NCBI GenBank assembly: GCA_051362555.1
Contig: CM120642.1
Span: forward strand, 30,628,001-30,692,000
Source: Lingula anatina
Lineage: Eukaryota > Animalia > Brachiopoda
DNA length: 64,000 nt
Direction of reading: 5' to 3'
Each line of letters starts with the position of its first letter. Position 1 is the stretch's first letter. Below the pieces are notes generated by a model. The model searched no databases. It saw only the letters and a list, made by a program, of their open reading frames with translations, and had not been told where the DNA came from. The translations under genes were made by a program, and so were the position numbers. Positions 23,901 through 36,558 of the stretch are shown here, piece after piece.

Positions 23901-26900
23901 TGCCCAAATGCCTTACTCATCTTAGAGGAAGTATAATGTTCAATGCGAACTGGTGTGTATGTCAACCTTTGACAAGACTGTTCTTTTTATGTGATATATA
24001 TATACAGTCAAGGGTTTGAAGAATGCGATCCCTCTATCTCAGTATGAATTTCTTAACAGGCACCTGAGATGTTCGAGTTTTAGATAAAGGACCTCTGTTT
24101 GGCTTTTTATAAAAGGAACCTACCAGTGGCACTATATCAGTCACCGATATAGGCCTGTATCTTCTAAGTGTAAACTATACAGACTTCTGTGTAAGTTTAT
24201 CATCATTCCATGTAACATGTGTGAAAAGAAAAAAAAAAAAGAAAAAATATAAATAAATTAAATTTTATAGTTTATTTTATGCTGTCACCAGTGGAGATAT
24301 CATCCAGTGTCCAGCCCAGCAGTCGCCCACCTTTGTACCTACTATACAGATGTTCCCCTCCCACCCAAAATACACACCTGCACGAAAATATAAGAAGTCT
24401 ACAAGGACAACAACCTGATCAAAACAATGGGCTAAGAAGGTCAAAAATAACCCCAGACTTGTTTTATTTTCAAATATGATGTGTATATACACTTTTAAAA
24501 GCTGTTACAGTAACAGGAAGTGTAGTTTTCGATGACCAATCCCTTCCCAAACCCAATGCTGTTATCTCAAATGGCAATCACTCCAAAATGAAATGTGTGG
24601 TTGCGATTACAGGAAAAACGACAAAGATAGTGTCAGCCACTTCGACTAGAAGTTGTCAGTCCTTATAATTCATGTATCACAGATAAATTTTCCCTGCCCG
24701 TTATTTCTTTTTCTGTCTCTCTCTTTTTCTCTCTCCATCCCCCTTCCTGGACACACCATAATAATATATTTTTCAATCTAAACCCAACATATAATAACAT
24801 TTTTTATGAATAAAAAAAAGGAACGCCCATGTCCTTGCCCCATATAACCAGGTCTATGTGAACAGCCAACAAACAAACTTTACATTGCGTGTGATCAGTG
24901 ACAATGAGAGAGGAATGCTGGCGTGTGTTAAGCCTTCTCTTATCTATGTAATCAAACCCCTGTCCTTTGGCTTTCCCTGCTGCAACACAACAGCACTGTC
25001 AACATCTTCACTGACCCTGAGAACTTCAGGTATGTGACCTCCACTACCCATGTGTAGAAGACTCTTTGGGATCTCACAGCCGCACACTAGCATTATAATA
25101 AGTGTGCAGGTACTTGTAACAATATAACTGTGTCACTTCTCTCACCGTCCCCCCCCCCCCCTTCCTGTCTCTCTCACCATCACCACCACAACCAATTTAT
25201 TGCACCCAAAAAAAGCTAATCAACTCAATAAAATAATGAAATGCAATCAGCACATCAAGCTATGTGGCATGCATAATAAGCCCATTTCTTGATGAAGTGA
25301 TTATAATCCAACCCTCTTAGTCCAAATTATTTGATGGTGTTTTTAACTTCAAGCATCTCATATATTAAAGAAATAATCACATTTTTCAGACAAAACAGCA
25401 GCCAATATTGGACACAGAACTGGCACAAATGCTTGGTTTATCTTTATTGGCTGATTACTGCTATTTGGTCTCACAACACTTGAAGAGGCCTCCTACTGAG
25501 ATTCCTGGGCGTGCACAACCCTGACACCTTTTTTTCATAGGACCCATTGATTCTCAATAAAACTATAATTCCACACAGATCGATCCATTGCCATGGGGAC
25601 TCCTGCTGAATGTAATCAGATTAACTGAATGAAATGATTCCTGGGGTTGCTAGGGGGAGAAATACCTTTCACGCGCTTCAGGCCGGACTCCAAAAGAGCA
25701 AAAGCTTTCAGAGACAGATCCCACATGAAAGTTTATCACCCCCAGAGTATTTCACAATAACCCTCAACAATGAATGTCTGACATAATACTCTTCTGAACA
25801 CATAATACAACATTAAACAACATAATGACATGCCAGCAACACTAGAAGCCATGGTGCATGGAAGGTAGGAATAAGTGTAAATTAAGGGAGTTCAAGTGAT
25901 TTCATATTCCTCCCAATAAAGGTGAAACAAGTACTTTCTTCTTGGTTGTACACACTGTAATTTTTTTTTCTGCCTAAGGTAGGGGCACTGCCTCTAAAAA
26001 GGAATTTAGATTATAGCAATATTATAATTTTTGGGATATAAAAACAGTTCTGAGGAAGTTTGATCCTGAAACTTAAATGTGTCTGCTTTCAGTGGTGGTG
26101 ATTGTAGCTGACTAAAGGCTACAGTGCTAGCTAAATTTGTCCAACAAAAAAGATTTTAGTTACAGCAGAGCTGGTGTGAGCACAGAAAACCACCATCTTT
26201 AATAAGGTGTGCGACCAAATGCTGAGAGTGTGCAAAGAGCCTGATCACCTAATCACACCATGTCACAGTACATGGCACATACATTCTGCCCCTCCATGAC
26301 AATAATTGCTGGTCTCAGAGCTACAAGTGTGTCACCTACTGGTACTACTTTACATAATAAGACAATGCATGCTGTGCCTTTTTATATTCCGAGTCAGGTG
26401 CAGAAGATTTTTTCATGTTTCCTTCGATTAGGGTTAAAAACTTTGGAAATATAACTGAGTTAAGAACATTGTAAACACACAATTAGCAATCTGAACTGTT
26501 TAATTGGGAGTTATAGCACAGGTGATTAGGCTTGCTGTTGGTCAGATGGGCGGGTCTACTTGATCCTAATTACTGCGTAGTCCTCAGGCTCAAGGTATAT
26601 ATATTACTGGTATACAACTAAACGACAGATAGTCTCCTAACGTCAGCTCTCTCTTTCAGTTCTGTCATAGGTAAAGCTTTATTAGCTTTTAATTTCAGCA
26701 AATCTGCCCAATTTCTGCATTTTTTAACATCTTCTACCTTGATATAACAAACCCAAAATGCTCCAAGCTGACATATTATATCTCTCAGCATGCCACTGAC
26801 CATGGCCAAACAGTTGCCTGCCTGACCATCATCTATCAAAGCTTGACCACAAACATTACTGAACATTTAGCAAGGAGCTGACCACAATGTAGAAACAACT

Positions 26901-29900
26901 GTATTATTCATCACTTAATATGTGGAATGGCATTATTACGGAGAGTGCAGCTAGAAACACTGAGTTAGTGTTTTGAGCCTATGACACTGAGGCGACAACA
27001 AAACAGAATACCTTTACATAACTTGGGCATCTAAACAAAATTTCATTTGGACATGCTGACCAAAACAACTCTAGCTACCACAAAGAATCTGTCCATTGTA
27101 CCTGCACCTATGTTTGTTTAGAAAACCTACTTTTCCACAGGCATTTTTTCACTATAATGACAAAGATTATCATTATATAATTTGGAAACCAAACAGTGAA
27201 ATAATGGAGCCACGCCCTGGGGTCGCCCTCCTAATAACAGCTTGTCTCAGAGACAATCACCTGAGTGCGTGTTGGTCTTCTGTCTGTGGTATCCATTCAT
27301 CCTGACATAGACCTTTTTTTTCTTAAAATAATCAAAAGATGTTAATTACTGTTTAGTATGCATTCAATTCATAACATGGAACTTTATATAGCTGGTACAG
27401 AAACTACCAAAAGTAGCATACAGCCAAATAATAAGTTGGAGAGAGTTTCGTAGGCGTTTGATTAAGATGTTCAACCAGGCACATCTTGAACTTAAATTCC
27501 CTTTCAAAAAAGCATGCTGCATAAGGCACTGGTCACAGTCGACGAACTCATCTTGATTTGAGTGTTGTTTGGAGTTCAACCCTGCAAGCTGACGCATCCA
27601 AGCCATATCGATTAAAAATAAACTCCATTAAAAACTGGCAAAATTACTTTTCTATAGGAGTGATAATTTTATGGACAAAATAAAACTCGATTTCAGTCAC
27701 TGATAAGAAATTGTATGCTAACTAGTAACACCTGCCACAAGATCCTCATGTAATAAGTCATCACTGCCCCGCCCCCTCATATTGCCCCGCCCCCTCTCAG
27801 ACATCAGTCATTATTCTAACAAACAAATTTCAATAGCTCACACTTTCAGCAGCAGTTCTCAATAGCATCTTGGGTGTCGAATAGGGCATGCCAGGTCAAA
27901 CTAAGATCTCTTGATGAATAATTCACATAATACAGTACAAATATGTTTACTATGTGACTGTCATTGCTTTCTTCTCTTTTTATTTTTTTATTTTACTTTT
28001 TTTTTTGTCCAACCAAACTGCACATAAAAGGTGCATCACACATTTTAAAGACAAATTTTGAATAATATGATATTGTATTACATTATGGTTCAATCAAATG
28101 GTGACAACTTTTCAACCAGACACTGATAAAACCAACAGAAAGAAAACTACAATAAAGGCATAATAACATCATCCAGCTATCAAAGCCTTTTTAAATACCA
28201 GTCGTCAGAGGTAAAAACTGGATACAACTGTGCTTCCATACCAAGGTCCTTTTCACATCAAGCGAGCAATACATTATTCTTGGAGAGGTCCTTACTAGAA
28301 CATGTAATTACACTACAGGGGCTAGAACTGCTTTCCACAAGGTTGCTTCCTGATGTTGGTTTTAGGAACTTACTATATTTAGGTAGGCCCTGGTGGGTGG
28401 GGTGGGGTGGTGTGTGTGTGTGTGTGTGTGTGGGGGGGGGGGGGTAATAGCTAGGGTATTAAGTTGTCACTTTCTCAAAGTGCAGTGATGTATGCTTTAA
28501 TAAAAATCTTAAAAATGCAAGCGCCAAAGGCACATTGCTCCAGATAAGGGGTCTGGGGGACACAGATACAACATCCAAATATCTACATAAATATGATAGA
28601 TTTTCAACTCTAAAAGTTGACCAATCCAAGAGTCTAGGGTATATACACCATATGGAATCTTCTAGTACTAGTATATATATATCTATAGAGAGACCAGTCT
28701 ACCTAGTGGCCCTGCTGATGCCAAGTGGCAGGTCATCCATCAACAAACCAGATGACACCTGTATTGTGACTGTCTTTTGTCACAGCAATTCATTTGCTCA
28801 GGTATTTCTACTCTTCAGTGGTCCACAATGAGTCTGGTCAGTCTACTGTCCACAGGGGGACAGCGTCCACTCCTGTATGGGACCACAGAACCCCTTTTCT
28901 GTGTCCTAGATCTATATATATGTATATATATATATATTGATCAATCTTGAGAGTGGTTCTATTCATCTTGTCTGACACAACAAGGTGCATTGATTCCAAG
29001 TTCCTTGCCCAAGAAATGCAAGTTGCAAGAAACATGTTTTATTTGCACAGTCAGGCACACATGCAAATGTGTGTAGAGTACAAGAAAAGTCTCGAAAGCA
29101 GAAGACAACAGAAAGGGGGAGTAGTATCTTTATTCAATGTCAGTCACAAACTGAATTGTTTTTCCACATTAGCAATTGTGCAGTCCACCAGAATTTGTAA
29201 ATCTTCTGAACTGTTACTTTTCAAAAGTATCTATCTGCCTAGGAAAAAAAAACTGTACTAGTAATTTCTTTGTATTTAACGTTAGTAAATATTGATATCT
29301 GTCCCCTTGTGGCCTACAATTAATCAATCAACTGCAAGTTAACTACTCCAGCTACTCAACAAATACAGACGCTTCCTGATGGTACCTCCTGTAGTGAGCA
29401 TTATTAAATCATAATAAAGTGAACTAATCACAGTAATCAGCAAGACTTCTTACCACATGTTACAAAGGCAGATAAAGCAATTTTCCTTCAAAAGATTGAC
29501 TTTTCCTAGTTGAAATCAGGCCCCTTGCCTTGCTCAGCAGTGGGAGTAGTAACACCAGGAGAAAAGGTTTTTTTGTTTGCCTGTCTAGGGTGAGCAAAAA
29601 CTATCAGATAGGATCAGAGGATAGTGGTGAGCAGGGTACTAGTACTAACTAGTACGCTTATCCTCAATGTGAACTCCCAGAAGCAGGTTTCTAAAGTTGT
29701 TCACTTTGGCAAAAACAGTTAAAGCACAGTATCGATTTGACTGATATCAAAGATGAGACAATCACCTTACTTGTAAATGAAAGGAACGTATCTGTGTGGC
29801 TTCTGTGTGGCTGTGAGCTTTCACTTATTTAGTAGGTGGTGGTTTGGTTGCTAACATTGAATAAAACGTTAAAGAACCAGTTTAATTTCAGTCAATGTAA

Positions 29901-32900
29901 ATGTACCTCATGTTCACTTCAGAGCACGTATCCACCATAATCATAAATACTATATATTCATTACTGTAACGGCTCTCTGGCTCACCTTGACGATGAACCA
30001 TTAACAAGTTGCCTTCATCCACCCTTTAATTTGATTTCTAATTTATTATAAAACAAGGGTCTTGTAAACTCTTCCTCGCTGGTTACCCTCAGGCAGTTAA
30101 ATGTCATGGAGTGTGAGCATTCGTCTCTGTCTCACACTTCCAGTGCTCTGGGCAGAACCAAATCCCTGTTTTGAACTACTTAATTATCACAGCTCTGGGC
30201 TAGGACATACCAGAACCAGCACTACCTGACATCCATGTTCCCGTGACGAGCTAGGACATGGTGCTCAGATACTGGGCCCCGGCTAACACTTAAAAGTGGC
30301 CCTTATTGTGGATAACTTGTTCAATTATTGAACCAGATCAATACTCTTCACAAAGATCACTGATTAATAAGTAATCTATCAATTGAACTTGTGTCTCCAA
30401 GCAAATGTTGTAATCAAAGAGCTTCTCTTTCCTGATCAATTATTTAACCATGCACAAACCTTGGACTTCATACATAGCAGAAATGTACCATCTTTGATTG
30501 TATGTCCTATCTGCTGACCTTCTTCCTGAGGTAACATTTAAAATAATTTTTCTAAAGTTTTTTTTTCTCTTTCATAGCTCAACATGAATGTATAACAAAC
30601 TGGAACTTGAATATAACATCACTGATAAAAATTGCTGCCAGAGTAAAATTGAGGCATTCTGTGTTTGTAAAGATCAGCTGATTATAGGTGACTACTAGTA
30701 TCATATATACAGTATATTGTGTATATCTGTCTGCTTTCTAGAGCAGAAGAATTCATCAATAGGAAGAAAAGAAACATGGGAGTCTATTTCACAAAATCAT
30801 CCACTTAAAGAAATTTTTAATAACTTAAAAATAATATTTTGGTCTGGCTGTGGCCTTGTTGCCTGCGTAAACTTGTGTAACAGTAAACAATACCTTTAAT
30901 TCAGACATTAAGTAAACAAAACAGGCGCAGTACCACAATTTATCAGTCCAATGCTGAAAAGAGCCTTTGATAGAAATCATATCAACACAAAATAGAACAA
31001 GTTTTAAAAAGCCAACAAAACATTTGAAACTTGTATGCAACAGTCAAGTTATCAAAACAACGCAGGTGGCATTCAAAGTAACCTTGTAGCAGGAGGTGGA
31101 AATTTGGAAACTGAAAACCAGTGAAAAGTAACATACATATATATATATATTTGTTTTTTCACGAGACAAGCCTTTTTCTTTCTATTGGTCATATGTTCAA
31201 CACCATTTGCTGTCCAGTGTAACTGTAAAGTGTTCCTTGTGCTATAATAAACACACAATACTTCTATGTAGTCCTAACAACAATATGTGAACTCTAGGAC
31301 CTTAAGAACTTATTGCCCAAGTGTTCCAAGTACTGATATGGGATATTGTATTAAAACTCATGACTGTTCAAAGTTCTGTAACTGGTCACAAGGGCATTAA
31401 CTGTATACAACACCCTGAAAGCCTCACAAATTTTCATGAAAAAGTACTGGTAAAAAAACAAAACAGAAAAATAATAATAAACTAGAAAAGCACTCCGAGA
31501 GCCTAGACCTCTGCCAAGGCAGCAAATTTTGATAATTGACTGATTTTTGATCCAGATCACCTTTAAAAACTAATCATCTGTTCCTTGGCCCACTTCTGAC
31601 AGTTCCTAAAAATTTCATCAAAACTGGCCCATAACTTTTTGAGTTATGTTGATGCAAGACAAACAGGGGTGAAAACATAACCTCCTTGGCGGAGGTAAAA
31701 ATGAAAAAAACTCATACATATTCTCAAACTAAAACTAATACCTAGTTGTCGGCTTCACAGCTTTCATTTAATTTTGTAGCATATGGGCATGACTACTTTT
31801 ATCAATTTTAAACATCACGAGACAAGTGCTTGCGCCTTAATAAATAATTTATTATAGCTCTGCTGCAAAACTAAAATGTCACTAGAAATGAATTCCTATT
31901 CAGACTGGAGGCAGTCATTTTTGAAAGTTTTGCACGTGCTTGTAGTTTCACAACATCTTTCACCTATTCTTCTCGCTGACACAATCGTCAACTATAATGA
32001 ATATTGTTAAAACATGAAACTTAACTTCAACTGACATTAAAATAACCCAATATGGACATCCTAAGTTTCTTTAATAGCATAAACTGGCAATAAATTAAGC
32101 AATTTTACTATTTTTGCAGACATTCAGACAAACTACCGACGAGTCACCAGACAGTCTGAATGTAGAGAAAATATGCAGTTGACACCTAGGCAGTTTATTC
32201 CTATGACCTGCAGTGACTCAATAGTGCAAATCTATAATTTACAGCCTTCATGCATCCAGTAGGAATCTTGAAGATGGGTTTTTGTCTACTTTAGACTTCG
32301 TGGAATTTTGAAAGAGGAGAGGGATAAACTATTTATGCATTGAAACTTCATCTTTTTTCCAAAATAATTAGCAATGTTTGATTTAACTGTGAGTTGGATC
32401 TAAATATATACGAACACAATTTCACATCTCTGCACAATGTGAATTCCCTGCAAATTCATTTTAAGCAAAGATCACAGTGGAATCATCCACTTGTGCAAAG
32501 CAATTTGTCAAAAGAATTCAGGAGAGAAAATCAACCAGCTTACATATGAACGACATCATGCTCTCTTTAAATAATGCCTTATCATGGCATCTCATACAAT
32601 GCAGCAGTTGTTTTCTATTACTAGTTACTTTTACAGTATATGATCTTTGCTGGCATGCCTCAGTCAATGCAAGTATGCAGAACAGCTGTAATGGAAAGTA
32701 TGTTACAATGTCAACAAAGTCATTGTCTCAGCTAAGTTTCCATGCCAATAAATATTTCTAAACAGCATTTTTTCTTGCTGTTAGACCTAACCCTTAGCAG
32801 AACTATGAGCCAAAGTACCTGTTTAAACAAACAAAAACATGGACTTAGATAACAAAATCATTTATTTGAGCTGGTGCAGTCAGCATGGTGGGGTCAGATA

Positions 32901-33110
32901 ATAAATCATGGATTTTATCAACAAATCTCAGTTACTGTTTTAAGCTTGTAAATAAAAGTGATTCAGACTGGTTCAGACTTGAGCAAACAACGTTACCAGT
33001 TTTTTATCGCAACTTCCTTGTTTGAATCACATTCATGATAGTCCCAAACAGGTATTAGAACATAGTTTGCACAGGAGTTTTGAAACTTGTTTCAGAATAT
33101 GCTCCAAGGG

Positions 33111-33159
<49 letters not shown>

Positions 33160-35851
33160 TCTGTCAGAGAAACTATCATGTGCATCAGTTTCTTCAGTTT
33201 CTATGCATATTGTAGCTGTTGGTTTCTGATAGCAGGACAGAGCAGAGAAGGCATTTGTCAGCTTGCCAACCACTTTCTACAAGACCACAGCCACTTATCT
33301 ATTAAACATATGCCCGCTTTTGTATGTTATACTTGATACAAAGTGATATTTTATTTCAAGAATCATTTGCACATGCATGCTTGCTCATGTATGTATGTAT
33401 GGTAGCTTACGAGTGCATGTTCCAACCAATGTCTAGTGATAACATAAGATATATTCACAAAAATCCACTCACCTTTTTCTCCTTCTTGGTGGATAAATTG
33501 GATTTCTCTAACTGTACATTGGCACCAATAAACTCGTACTTGACTGTCTTCACCACCGTGGCAACATGCTTATCCACTGTGCTTGATTTTTCTGGGGTAT
33601 TTGGAACATCATCAATGTTTGTGACAGGCACACTGTTGACCACTTGAGTTTGTGAATGATACCCATTGTTTTTACTACCATCACTAACTTTTGCTGTTCC
33701 TGTGAGGACAGTATAGTCTATGTCTGATGGGGCATCGAATATGGATTTATCAGGAATAAAATGATTACTTGGCGGCTGAACAACGTCCACCTTTTTCAAG
33801 TCCAGAGGTTTTGGCGTGACTTTCCTAGCTTTCGCCTCTACTGGCACCAGTGTGGCACCACCAGGCACCACTTTGGGGTCCCCTGCAGAGAAAAACCAGG
33901 ACTTTCCTGCTTTGCGGATCCTTTCCAGCGCTTTATCACTGATGATGACACGTCCGTCTGCCGTATGCTCTACCCGACTTTCAGGCTCGTCTGGGGTCAG
34001 GAAACGGTTATTAGAAAAGCGGTTTGAAAAAGTAGGTCCCTGTTGCTTTTTAGAGCCAACTATCTCCGATACACGATTTGAGAACCCATGCTGTTCTCTT
34101 GATGCTGTGGACTCTATGGCCTTACTCTTTTCCTTGGAAACCTTTGGTTGTTGATTCACAATTGCTGTTTTTTCTTTCTCTGCCACCTTTTCTATTTTAC
34201 TCGGAACATCTTCACTGACCTTTGCTCTTGGAGCTGGTGCCACAGATACGACAGGCCTGGGTGCTGGTGCCACTGAGACAACAGGTCTTGGTGCTGGTGC
34301 CACAGACACCACAGGTTTGGTTGAAGCTGGTTTGGTCACGGCTGATGGTTGAATGAACTCTGTCCTTGAGGGTGCAGACCCAACAGAAGACAGTGCTGGG
34401 TGTTTTGGCGCAGGTTGTTTGGAAGCTCTGGCAGTTTTCACACCCGATTGGTCAGGCTGAGGCGCAGGACGCTTGGTACTGGGCGCTTTATTTCCATTGG
34501 TTAGTCTCCCTGAAGGCATGTCCAGTGGTTTGTTAGCACTTACTTGTGAACTTGGCTTGACTTTAACTTGCTCTCCTTCCTGTGTGGAAGTAGCACCCTT
34601 CGGCTTGTTTCCCCCTGGTGGCTGTGGTGCTCTGCGCTTTTTTAATGTATCATTATACGACTTCCCTGGTGGAGGGGCACTTGGGTCCTCAAACATTGAC
34701 CGTGCTGAAAGGACGGTGTTAGGCTTAGGCAGCTCTTCTTCAATGACCTCTCGGCTACTGCTTCGTATCCTATAAGGCTCCACGTCACCATTTGGGATAA
34801 TTTCTCTGTCTCTGGGTTCTTCTATAATGATAATGTCCTCCCTGTATGAGGACATTGGGCTTACAATAAGAGGCACATCAGCTGAGGTGCCACTTCCAAT
34901 ACGTACGCGCTCTGGTGACTCGAAATCATCGCAACTGACAGAATCTTGCTTAGGATGGCCATCGACTGTATCCCGCTGCTGAGGGGCACTTTGCTGACGT
35001 TTTGGACTTATGTGCACTGGTGAACTGAAATGCCTGGAACCAGCCAGGTTGTCCACACTTTGGGCCTTATTCTTAGCTGTCAGTTTAAAACCAACATCAC
35101 GTGGTGACATTTCGTTACTGTTCGAACGCAAGCGTGTTGTCTCGTGTGAGTGTGCACGCTCAAGACTAGATGTGTTCCATACAGGCTTGGAGGCATTTGC
35201 TGTGGGTGAAAGTAAAGAGGCAAATTTCCCTCTCAGTTTGTTCACAAACCCAGGCCTATAGGGCTCCTCATGATCCGACTCAGCAGGACTACTGTTCTCC
35301 ACCTCGCCATCTCCTTCATACTCTATCTCAGTAACCCCATCCTCACAACTTACATCGATCCTCAACTCCCGACTTCTCCTCCTGGATCGACCCTGCTGGT
35401 CCTTCACAACCCACGGATTACTTTTCACGGGAATTATGTGAGTCTCCTCGTCAAATCCGTTTTCCCTGACATCGTCATTAGCACAGATGTCGTGCTTGTT
35501 ATGGGTGGTGGCTCCAGCTGAGTGACCTCCATTTTTTTCTGACCCAGTATCACTTTGATCACTGCTGTGTGAATGATGCGAGGAATGATCAGACCCATTT
35601 CTGCTGAACTCACTGTCTATCTCATTATCTGAATATGTCTCCGATTTCGCTTGTCGTCGACGTTTTTCGACGATTTCCCGTTTCCAGGCAGGCAGTCCGA
35701 CAAGCATTTTATCTTCGTGGTGGGGCCGATTACTTTGTGTTGATCTCTCGTCACGGTGACTAATTTGTTGCGTGGTATGTTTATCCCTTTTTTCAATCAG
35801 TGCCTGTTTCCATTCTGGAACTGAGGACATAGTTTCAATCGTATCATGCAT
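17948..35851 (-). CDS. Taperin/phostensin (PPP1R18)-like protein, ~935 aa, putative PP1-targeting actin-associated protein
   Basis: Exons 35851-33473 (793 codons), 18847-18610, 18138-17948 (TGA) join in frame. N-terminal VPEWKQALIEKR and LPAWKREIVEKRRR motifs; KKEKK|LAVSF...HEYPSE resembles the taperin/phostensin KISF...YQYPSE PP1-docking region; C-terminus ...PADDDFAWSESATSDLLF. Extra exons in the 14.6-kb intron are not excluded. Confidence 0.82.
21328..21366. repeat. Perfect 17-bp stem hairpin
   Basis: GCAGCTGGTCGGTTATA-agcac-TATAACCGACCAGCTGC, preceded by a partial extra copy of AGCTGGTCGG. Confidence 0.85.
21570..21875 (+). mobile_element. 5'-truncated non-LTR retrotransposon (CR1/L2-group-like) 3' remnant
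   Basis: LFDCPIYKDLRKKWF resembles the C-terminal HxxxxCPxYxxLR motif of LINE ORF2; followed by stop, a short 3' UTR with a GCCCATAGGGC hairpin and AATAAA. Confidence 0.6.
31480..31698 (-). mobile_element. Non-autonomous Helentron/DINE-like element
   Basis: Minus-strand start TTACCTCCGCCAAGGAGGTTATGTTTTC; subterminal inverted repeats ACCTCTGCCAAGG / CCTTGGCGGAGGT; short hairpin then CTAGTT at the other end; inserted in T-rich sequence. Confidence 0.7.
34226..34315 (-). repeat. Coding minisatellite, 3 x 30 bp (PVVSVAPAPR)
   Basis: Three identical decapeptides with synonymous nucleotide differences in exon 1 of the taperin-like gene. Confidence 0.9.
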
Positions 35852-36558
35852 TTAAAGCTGTTTTTGGTCCCGTTATTCTCAGTTTTTCAAAATATTTTCT
35901 GCCCCGTTCCGAAATCTACAAGTGGTCACAGTTTGTACATGACGTCACTTTCAAACCGGTGTTCTACGGAATCTTGGGATAGGATCGAACTGGAAAGTTA
36001 AAGAAGTGTCAAATAATAACAATTTCTTGCTTAGTATAAGCGTCCTATGATAATATAAGGCAAATTCATGCTATACTGATTTTAATTTATCTCCTTAAAG
36101 GATAAGTTGCAGGTTAAATAGCAAAATATATCATGATATGTAAAGCGAGATATGATTGGTTCAAATGTCTGGTGGAAAAAAAATACGTGTTGGTCACTGC
36201 GTGTTGGTGGAGATAAGAAATGCTTCTATAAAATTAGTTATTGAAAGATTTAGACAAATAATTTTCTATTTTTGATATATAATTCAATTAAAAGATTAAA
36301 AGTTCATAATATTTTCTAAAACCTTAAAAGTTAGCACGAAGTTGCATTTAATTTTGACCAATCCGCATCAAGATTTTATTTGTTAAAACTGTCGCGACCG
36401 GAACAGGAAATCCGCGAAGCGGTAACCAAGGGCAATACCCTGTCGACCACGACGCCGAAATAATAACACGAGCCTCTGCAATGAAATAGACCGTTGTCTG
36501 TAAATTAGCAGGATTTTATTGACAGGAACGGAGACAGTCTTGCCAAAGAAGTAACATC
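35852..36558. promoter_or_regulatory. Putative bidirectional promoter (taperin-like / CCDC105) with CRE, ETS-like and RFX X-box-like sites
   Basis: TGACGTCA at 35940-35947; ACCGGAA/CAGGAAAT at ~36397-36411; GTAACCAAGGGCAAT at 36422-36436 resembles an X-box; locally CpG-rich. Confidence 0.55.

Noticed and set aside
31351-31560. 69-aa ORF (CCLGRGLGSRSAFLV)
   Set aside because: Pseudo-translation of the Helentron-like repeat end.
18900-33400. Possible nested gene in the 14.6-kb intron
   Set aside because: Only short low-complexity ORFs; no chain of phase-compatible exons recognised, though small exons could be missed by eye.
33761-35521. Plus-strand ORFs within the taperin-like exon 1
   Set aside because: Antisense shadows with no independent splice or motif support.
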